Below, piece by piece: positions 58,480-64,000 of a stretch of 64,000 nt of DNA (its first letter is position 1; every line of letters begins with the position of its first letter). The notes below the pieces were generated by a model. The model was not told the origin of the DNA, ran no database searches, and saw nothing but the letters and a program-made list of their open reading frames with translations. Made by a program: the position numbers and the translations under genes. The DNA comes from an uncultured Blastocatellia bacterium (GTDB lineage: Bacteria; Acidobacteriota; Blastocatellia; HR10): assembly GCA_937934295.1 (NCBI GenBank), contig CALHAI010000005.1:119272-183271 (forward strand), given 5' to 3'.

Positions 58480-59301
58480 TCACGGATGCGGCGTGTGGCA
58501 TTGCACGCAGTTCATCTTGGCCTTCACATTGTCCATGCCCTTATCGCCGTGACACGTGAGACAGGTGGCGAGGGATTCCGGCGGAACATAAATGCCCCGG
58601 AACTGTCCATCGGCCCATTGATTCAGAAGCTCGACGGCGCGAGCTGCGACATCCCCCGTGAGCCGGCCGCATCGCTCCTTTCGCTCAAGCGATGAGGCGC
58701 GGAATCCCGAATGTTCGCACCACTTGGTCACTGAGATGTGGCATAAGGGAGACCCCGAAGCGTTCTGCGGCAGTGGCTGCGTATACTTCTGGACGAAGAA
58801 CTGTCCGGTTTGGGCGTACTGATTGCTGATGTCCGAGGGCAGGAGCGCTTGCGTGTACCACCCCTGCAATTCGTGGATGAGCTGATCGGCCGTCTGCTTA
58901 TCGCACACGAGATTGATGGCTGCACAGGCGCCTAGGAGTGCCCCGCACGACCCACCCCATCCGACGACGCCACCATGTCCCCAGATCATCATCTCGGGCG
59001 GGATGAGCGTGTACGGGTATCCAACGGCCTCGCGCAGCGCGACGACGATCGCGCGAAACGCGCCATAGGCGCACCCGTAGCCCTTCTCCCAATACCCTTG
59101 GTGACCGAGCTTGCGCACGTACTCGGGATCGAGCTTCTTATAGGGCCATGGCCAGGGGGGAAGCTCCACCTGGGCTTTCCCCTCGCGGCCGATGAGGCTC
59201 ATTCCGACTACACCCGCCGCAGCACAGGCGGCACATTGGGTCGTCAGCGTCAGAAATTCCTTCCGCGTAAGTTTCCGCTTCATAGCGCTTCCCTCCATCA
59301 T
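58480..59301 (-). CDS. C_GCAxxG_C_C family redox protein with C-terminal dihaem c-type cytochrome extension (two CxxCH), exported
   Basis: Signal with Tat-like RKEFL motif followed by AACAAAGVVG. The region ...GYGCAYGAF...SCGALLGACAAINLVCDKQ... matches the C-x-GCAxxG-x-C-x-C family pattern. C-terminal CLTCH and CVQCH. Confidence 0.7.
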   Translation of the reverse strand: MMEGSAMKRKLTRKEFLTLTTQCAACAAAGVVGMSLIGREGKAQVELPPWPWPYKKLDPEYVRKLGHQGYWEKGYGCAYGAFRAIVVALREAVGYPYTLIPPEMMIWGHGGVVGWGGSCGALLGACAAINLVCDKQTADQLIHELQGWYTQALLPSDISNQYAQTGQFFVQKYTQPLPQNASGSPLCHISVTKWCEHSGFRASSLERKERCGRLTGDVAARAVELLNQWADGQFRGIYVPPESLATCLTCHGDKGMDNVKAKMNCVQCHTPHP

Positions 59302-59411
59302 GGCTTTCGCCTTACTTTATTAGCAAGTGGCGTGCCAAGACAAGCATTCTTGATTCTCCCAGAGTTAGCGCGCCGATGGCGCGGCCACCTGCTGAAAAAC
59401 GCAACAGGTCC

Positions 59412-59493
59412 GTTGAATTCCTCAACATGGCTAAGCGCGCCAAGCGCCACAACTTCCCACATTCACCGCCCACCTCGTGTTGAGGAATTCAAC
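59412..59493. promoter_or_regulatory. two copies of 15-bp palindrome GTTGA-attcc-TCAAC (second inverted: GTTGAggaatTCAAC), centres 67 bp apart, in divergent promoter region
   Basis: 59412-59426 and 59479-59493. The extended 16-nt match is TGTTGAGGAATTCAAC. Confidence 0.5.
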
Positions 59494-59631
59494 AGTTCGT
59501 GCCGAAGGACACTCCCATCGGCCAGGTGCGGGTGCACATCCCCCTGATGATCAACGACTTCCCGAGCATTGGGAGAAGAATGCGGTACGGCACTCCGATT
59601 GCATATATCTTCGGCTGAGGGAGGACATCCG

Positions 59632-60651
59632 ATGAAGATGAAGAGCGCCGACAAGTGGCTGAGAGAGCGACCCACAGAAGCGATGGCCTCTTCCCCCCTC
59701 TCGGTCGTCTCCGAAGGCGAACGCGCTTCTTCTCCGCTCAAATGCGTGTGGATGCTCGCTGGAGTCGTGGATTACAAGCTCTGTGATAGGGATTATGAAT
59801 GTGAGCAGTGCCCATTCGACCGCGCCCTTCGGGAATGGGCGGCGATTGGTGAACGAGAAGCTCGACGACCCCTTGCCGAACAAGCGAAGGAAGACCGCAC
59901 CAAGGATCATGGGCTCGTCGGATGCCCGCTCTGCAGAGAGCTTGAAGGCTGCTCTCAGGAGCCCATCTCGGCACGCGAGCGTGTCCGCGTCAAAAGGGGA
60001 TTCCGCATAGCGGAGGCGCTCTTCTACCATCCGGCGCATCTCTGGGTGCGTGTCGAGTGGCGAGGGCAGGTGCGCATCGGATTGGACGATTTCGGGCAGT
60101 GGCTTCTCGGGCGCATCTATCACGTGAGATTCCCCGATGTCGGCGCGCGGGTGATCGCTGGACATCCGTGCGGCGAGCTGGCATATCACGCGGGAGAGAT
60201 CGCCCTGCCCGCGCCGGTGACGGGGATGATCCACCAACTCAACGAGAAGCTCATGCGGTACCCCTCTCTTGTCAACCACGATCCCTATGGCGAAGGATGG
60301 ATGATGATCTTTCAACCGGAGCACCTGCATGAGGATTTGCAGCAGCTGCTGTACGGGGAGCAAGCGCTGGCATGGTATGCACGAGAGATCGCGAGGTTGC
60401 ATCAGGAGATCCACATCGCTTTGTGCGCCATGGGAACGTCCCCGGAAGCCCTCGCCGGCCGCACGCTCCAAGACGGGGGCGTTCCCGTTTCTCCCTCTTC
60501 TGAGTGCGAGCTCATGGCGTCCACCACGAGGAAGTCGCTCACCGAGCGGCTCAACCCCACGTGGTGGGCAGAGGTGATCGCGCAGTTTTTGCAACCGCAA
60601 GCCGGGCGCTCCAGAAGTGCGCCCGAGAGGGAAACTCGGCACAGGAGGTGA
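59632..60651 (+). CDS. GcvH-fold (glycine-cleavage H / lipoyl-like hybrid barrel) protein with N-terminal Cys-rich region; lipoyl-lysine absent
   Basis: RBS GAGGGAGG before the ATG at 59632. N-terminal CVWMLAGVVDYKLCDRDYECEQC and GCPLCRELEGC. The core HLWVRVEW...IGLDDFGQ...VRFPDVGARV...PVTGMIHQLNEKL...NHDPYGEGWMMIF matches the GcvH pattern, but the lysine position is H/A. The track start at 59569 is probably too early. Confidence 0.65.
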   Translation: MKMKSADKWLRERPTEAMASSPLSVVSEGERASSPLKCVWMLAGVVDYKLCDRDYECEQCPFDRALREWAAIGEREARRPLAEQAKEDRTKDHGLVGCPLCRELEGCSQEPISARERVRVKRGFRIAEALFYHPAHLWVRVEWRGQVRIGLDDFGQWLLGRIYHVRFPDVGARVIAGHPCGELAYHAGEIALPAPVTGMIHQLNEKLMRYPSLVNHDPYGEGWMMIFQPEHLHEDLQQLLYGEQALAWYAREIARLHQEIHIALCAMGTSPEALAGRTLQDGGVPVSPSSECELMASTTRKSLTERLNPTWWAEVIAQFLQPQAGRSRSAPERETRHRR

Positions 60652-60654
60652 GCT

Positions 60655-61359
60655 ATGGTCGCCTTCTTCGTCATTCTCACGATCATCGGGTTCATCCTCG
60701 TGGACTCCTTCGTCCAATGGGTCGAAGCCCGACAGGGGCTGACCTTGAGGCGAACGGCGCCGCGTCCCGAGCTTGTCCCGGCACTCGCGTTGGAAACCAT
60801 CTCCGTTCCCGCCGGCCTCTTCCTGGACGAGGGCCACACGTGGGTCCGCCTGGAGCCGAGCGGACGGACGCTGATCGGCATGGATGAGTTCGTGCGTCGA
60901 GCGATCGGTCGCGTGGACGCCGTGGAGTTGCCGAACGTCGGCTCCGTCGTTCGACGCGGCGATCCGCTGTTCACCGTCACACAAAATGGCCGACGGGCCG
61001 TTTTCCGCGCACCGCTCACTGGCGTCGTGAGCGCCGTCAACGAGAACCTCGCGCGCCTTCCTGAAACGGGACGGATGGACCCATATGAAGAAGGATGGGT
61101 GTGCGCACTGAAGCCGAAAGACCTGGCGGTGCATCTGCGTCATCTTTTCATCGCCGAGGAAGCACGGGCATGGCTTCGGTGGGAGACCGAACGCTTCAAG
61201 GAGTTCTTGACTCGGTGTCCGATGCCGCAGTCGGCTCTCGGACAGGTCTTGCAAGACGGCGGGCAGTGGGCCGAAGGCATTTTGGAGATGCTCGATGAAG
61301 CCGGCTGGGAGGAATTCGCGCGAACGTTCCTGCAAAGCCCGCGTTCTTCGGCAGAATAA
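60655..61359 (+). CDS. membrane-anchored GcvH-fold protein (second paralogue), lipoyl-lysine absent
   Basis: Starts 3 nt after the upstream stop. N-terminal TM helix MVAFFVILTIIGFILV. Core HTWVRLEP...IGMDEFV...VELPNVGSVV...PLTGVVSAVNENL...RMDPYEEGWVCAL. Confidence 0.65.
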   Translation: MVAFFVILTIIGFILVDSFVQWVEARQGLTLRRTAPRPELVPALALETISVPAGLFLDEGHTWVRLEPSGRTLIGMDEFVRRAIGRVDAVELPNVGSVVRRGDPLFTVTQNGRRAVFRAPLTGVVSAVNENLARLPETGRMDPYEEGWVCALKPKDLAVHLRHLFIAEEARAWLRWETERFKEFLTRCPMPQSALGQVLQDGGQWAEGILEMLDEAGWEEFARTFLQSPRSSAE

Positions 61360-61640
61360 GGAGGGCGGTCAAAGGCGCGGCTTCTGGCATTGGCGGCGGA
61401 GCGCGCGCCGACCGCTCCCTTTGTGTCCGAAATCAGTCACTGGCGGGCTCTGGTCCGTTGCACCTAGGAAGCGGCTCTCGATGGGGGATTTGCCCCACCT
61501 CAGCTTCTCGACAGCAGGAGCGATGCCATCGTGGTGCTGTAAGTGCTTGAAGTTAAGCCTTTCGGAAGCGGGCCTGCGAAAGGCACGAGGAGCTGGCCTG
61601 TGGCATGGAAATTGCATCCCTACGAAAAGGGGGGGCGCGT

Positions 61641-62447
61641 ATGGGCGACAAAAGGGGCCTTCTCTTCGACGCGACCTTGTGCATCGGATGCGGGGCGTGC
61701 TACGAGGCGTGCAAAGAGCGAAACCAGCTCCCACGGACGGCGGCACACTTTCTGGATGATCGGCTTTCGGATCAAACCTACACGGTTGTGAAGAGACGTG
61801 GAGGGCGATTCGTCCGCCAGCTCTGTATGCATTGCGAGGTTCCGACGTGTGTTTCCGTGTGTCCGGTCGGCGCGCTGGAGAAGACGGCCACAGGTCCGGT
61901 CATCTATCACGAGGCGCGCTGCATCGGATGCCGGTATTGCATGCTCGCGTGTCCCTTCGGCATCCCGAAGTACGAGTGGAGGAAGATCTTGCCTCGCGTC
62001 CGAAAGTGCGATCTCTGTGCGGATCGCCTCGCGGCCGGGCGCCCTCCGGCGTGCGCTGAGGTCTGCCCGACGGGAGCGACACGATTTGGCGATCGCCAGG
62101 CGCTGATCGAAGAAGCGCGCGCGCGAATCCGCACCCATCCTCAAAAGTATGTGCCGAGGATTTACGGCCTGGAGGAAGTCGGCGGTACATCGGTGCTGCT
62201 CCTCTCGGACATCCCCTTCGAGCGCCTCGGCTATCGGACCGATCTGCTGTCGGAGCCCTTGCCACTGTTGACGTGGCAGGTCTTGCAGAAGATCCCCAAT
62301 TTCGTCGCTGTCGGCAGCGTGTTGTTGGGAGGCATTTGGTGGATCACGAATCGGCGTCGAGAGGTCCAACTCCGAGAGCGCCAGCAGCGGGAGGTTCGCG
62401 AGCCCTCGGCGCCTGAATCCGCCGATCCATCGCATGAAGAGCCATGA
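61641..62447 (+). CDS. 4x[4Fe-4S] ferredoxin-type iron-sulfur subunit with C-terminal TM anchor (FdnH/HybA/PsrB-like), no N-terminal signal peptide
   Basis: AAGGGGGGG before the ATG at 61641. Four Cys clusters (CIGCGACYEAC, CMHCEVPTCVSVCP, CIGCRYCMLACP, CDLCADRL...CAEVCP). C-terminal hydrophobic helix FVAVGSVLLGGIWWI. Confidence 0.85.
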   Translation: MGDKRGLLFDATLCIGCGACYEACKERNQLPRTAAHFLDDRLSDQTYTVVKRRGGRFVRQLCMHCEVPTCVSVCPVGALEKTATGPVIYHEARCIGCRYCMLACPFGIPKYEWRKILPRVRKCDLCADRLAAGRPPACAEVCPTGATRFGDRQALIEEARARIRTHPQKYVPRIYGLEEVGGTSVLLLSDIPFERLGYRTDLLSEPLPLLTWQVLQKIPNFVAVGSVLLGGIWWITNRRREVQLRERQQREVREPSAPESADPSHEEP

Positions 62448-62487
62448 TCCCCCGCGCGTCGGGCGCGCGGGAGAGGTGGGGACGAAT

Positions 62488-64000
62488 ATGATGCGCTGGA
62501 GCTTTCGCCGACCGGGTTTTTGGCAACTCGTATTTGCGCTCATCCTGGGCGTTGGCCTCTATAGCACGGTCGTCCGGTTCACCGGCGGCCTGGGAGCGAG
62601 CACGGCCTTGAGCGATGCCTTCCCCTGGGGATTGTGGATCGGCTTCGATGTGCTCTGCGGAGTAGCCCTGGCAGCCGGGGGATTCACCCTCAGCGCCGTC
62701 GTCTACATCTTCAATGTCGAGCGGTTTCGACCGATCATTCGTCCGACGATCCTCACGGCGTTCCTCGGCTACGCGCTCGTCATCGTGGCCTTGCTCTTCG
62801 ACCTGGGACGCCCCTATCGCATCTGGCACCCATTGGTGATGTGGAACCCGCACTCGGTGATGTTCGAAGTGGCGTGGTGTGTCATGCTCTACACGACGGT
62901 GCTCGCGCTGGAATTCAGCCCGATGGTATTCGAACGCTTGAGGCTCGAGCGGCCGCTGCGAATCCTTCACGCGCTGACGGTGCCGCTGGTCATCCTCGGC
63001 GTCATCCTCTCGACGCTTCATCAGTCCTCGCTCGGATCGCTCTACTTGATTGTCCCGGAGAAACTGCATCCGCTCTGGTATTCGCCGCTTTTGCCCATCT
63101 TCTTCTTCATCTCGGCGATCGCGCTCGGTTGCGCGATGCCCATCTTCGAGTCATTTCTGAGCTATCGGGCATTCCGAAAACGGCTGGAGATTGAGCTGCT
63201 CGCCGATTTGGGGAAGGTGATCGTCGTCACATTGGCCGTATATCTGGTCCTGAAAATCCAGGACTTGGCCGGACGGGGCGTGCTCTCCCGCATTGTCGAA
63301 CCAACATACGAGGGGCGAATGTTCCTGGCCGAGATGCTGCTCGGCGTGATCGGTCCGATCCTGTTGCTCAGCCTCCGTCGCATTCGGACGGATCACTTCG
63401 GCCTCTTCGTCTCCGCCGTTCTGGTCGTTCTCGGTTTCATTATGAATCGGCTCAATGTGAGCATCACGGGGATGGAAGCGTCTTCCGGCGTGTCCTACTT
63501 CCCGAGCTGGACGGAGCTTTCGGTGACGCTGATGATCGTCGCCCTGGGGTTCGCGCTCTTTGGCGCGGCAGCGAAATATCTCCCCGTCTTCCCGGAGAAG
63601 GAGCGTCTTCCGGCACCCACCTTGGTGGAGCCTCCAGCGGTGGCTGTCCTGCGGCGACCGTGGATTGGCACGACGCCCCTGGTGTTGATCCTCGGCGGGC
63701 TCTTCTTCATCGGCGCCATGGGATCGGCCTATAGCGGCCTTCAGCATCGCGAACGAGCACTCGCCACCGCTCCGGCCAGCGAGGAGAGCGAACCCGAGAT
63801 CGCCGACGGCTTAGAGCGCTTTGAAGTCCCTCCGGACGTCACATTCCCTCAGGGAGAGGCCAGTCCCGGACCGGTTACATTCCGACACGCCTCGCACCTC
63901 AATTGGGAGAGGCCCAATTGCACGATCTGTCATCACGAGCCGTTCCGCATGTTGAAGGCATTCGGGAGCGTGACCGCATCGCCCGCCCGCGATTTGCATG
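62488..64000 (+). CDS. NrfD/PsrC/HybB-family polysulfide-reductase-type membrane subunit with extra C-terminal TM helices and a fused cytochrome c7/c3-like haem domain (partial; continues beyond window)
   Basis: Not in the ORF track because there is no stop in the window. Read in frame from ATG 62488: MMRWSFRRPGFWQLVFALILGVGLYSTVVRFTGGLGAS...NRLNVSITGMEAS... (8+ TM helices), then ...FEVPPDVTFPQGEASPGPVTFRHASHLNWERPNCTICHHEPF.... The last stretch matches the c7 pattern V.F.H..H......C..CH. Confidence 0.8.
   Translation, partial: MMRWSFRRPGFWQLVFALILGVGLYSTVVRFTGGLGASTALSDAFPWGLWIGFDVLCGVALAAGGFTLSAVVYIFNVERFRPIIRPTILTAFLGYALVIVALLFDLGRPYRIWHPLVMWNPHSVMFEVAWCVMLYTTVLALEFSPMVFERLRLERPLRILHALTVPLVILGVILSTLHQSSLGSLYLIVPEKLHPLWYSPLLPIFFFISAIALGCAMPIFESFLSYRAFRKRLEIELLADLGKVIVVTLAVYLVLKIQDLAGRGVLSRIVEPTYEGRMFLAEMLLGVIGPILLLSLRRIRTDHFGLFVSAVLVVLGFIMNRLNVSITGMEASSGVSYFPSWTELSVTLMIVALGFALFGAAAKYLPVFPEKERLPAPTLVEPPAVAVLRRPWIGTTPLVLILGGLFFIGAMGSAYSGLQHRERALATAPASEESEPEIADGLERFEVPPDVTFPQGEASPGPVTFRHASHLNWERPNCTICHHEPFRMLKAFGSVTASPARDLH

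Noticed and set aside
1-64000. CRISPR arrays, rRNA genes, integrase/recombinase or prophage genes
   Set aside because: No direct-repeat/spacer periodicity, rRNA-like conserved stretches or tyrosine/serine recombinase motifs were seen anywhere in the window. The only mobile-element trace is the short TnpB remnant.

Overview
This is a high-GC (~65-70%) bacterial chromosomal segment. Gene content (a VWA 'Acidobacterial-type' domain protein, lptCAB-rpoN-hpf-hprK-rapZ-EIIA-HPr-EI, many multiheme cytochromes) suggests an Acidobacteriota-like or other high-GC Gram-negative genome, but that assignment is low confidence. It is mostly housekeeping and transport genes: purD, purN, purM, thiL, glmU, glmS, recJ, rpoN, lptB, hpf, hprK, rapZ, ptsH, ptsI, ggt, an HlyD/ABC/ABC-2 efflux operon, an MsbA-like exporter, and a sensor kinase with a sigma-54 activator. 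Two regions stand out. (1) At 1.1-7.8 kb a four-gene operon encodes what looks like a complete inner-membrane-to-outer-membrane multiheme electron conduit: a CbcL-like 11-heme c/cytochrome b fusion, an ImcH/NapC-like membrane multiheme cytochrome, an MtrA-type decaheme and an MtrB-like beta-barrel. It sits next to a partial cox subunit II gene, a perfect CRP-type palindrome and an array of G/C-clamp hairpin repeats. (2) At 57.1-64.0 kb a compositionally atypical noncoding stretch with a decayed TnpB C-terminal remnant is followed by an unusual membrane redox module: a C_GCAxxG_C_C protein with a C-terminal dihaem c domain, two GcvH-fold proteins that lack the lipoyl lysine, an FdnH/HybA-like 4x[4Fe-4S] protein, and an NrfD-type membrane subunit fused to a cytochrome c7-like domain. 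Further observations: a PspA / coiled-coil / AAA+ ATPase trio (possible ESCRT-III/Vps4-like), an M1-peptidase homolog with all three zinc ligands replaced, a GlmS with Ser in place of the catalytic Cys1, a giant LptC-LptA fusion and a tRNA 3'-end-like fragment. No rRNA, complete tRNA or CRISPR array was found. Many long antisense ORFs in the supplied track are artefacts of the high GC content.
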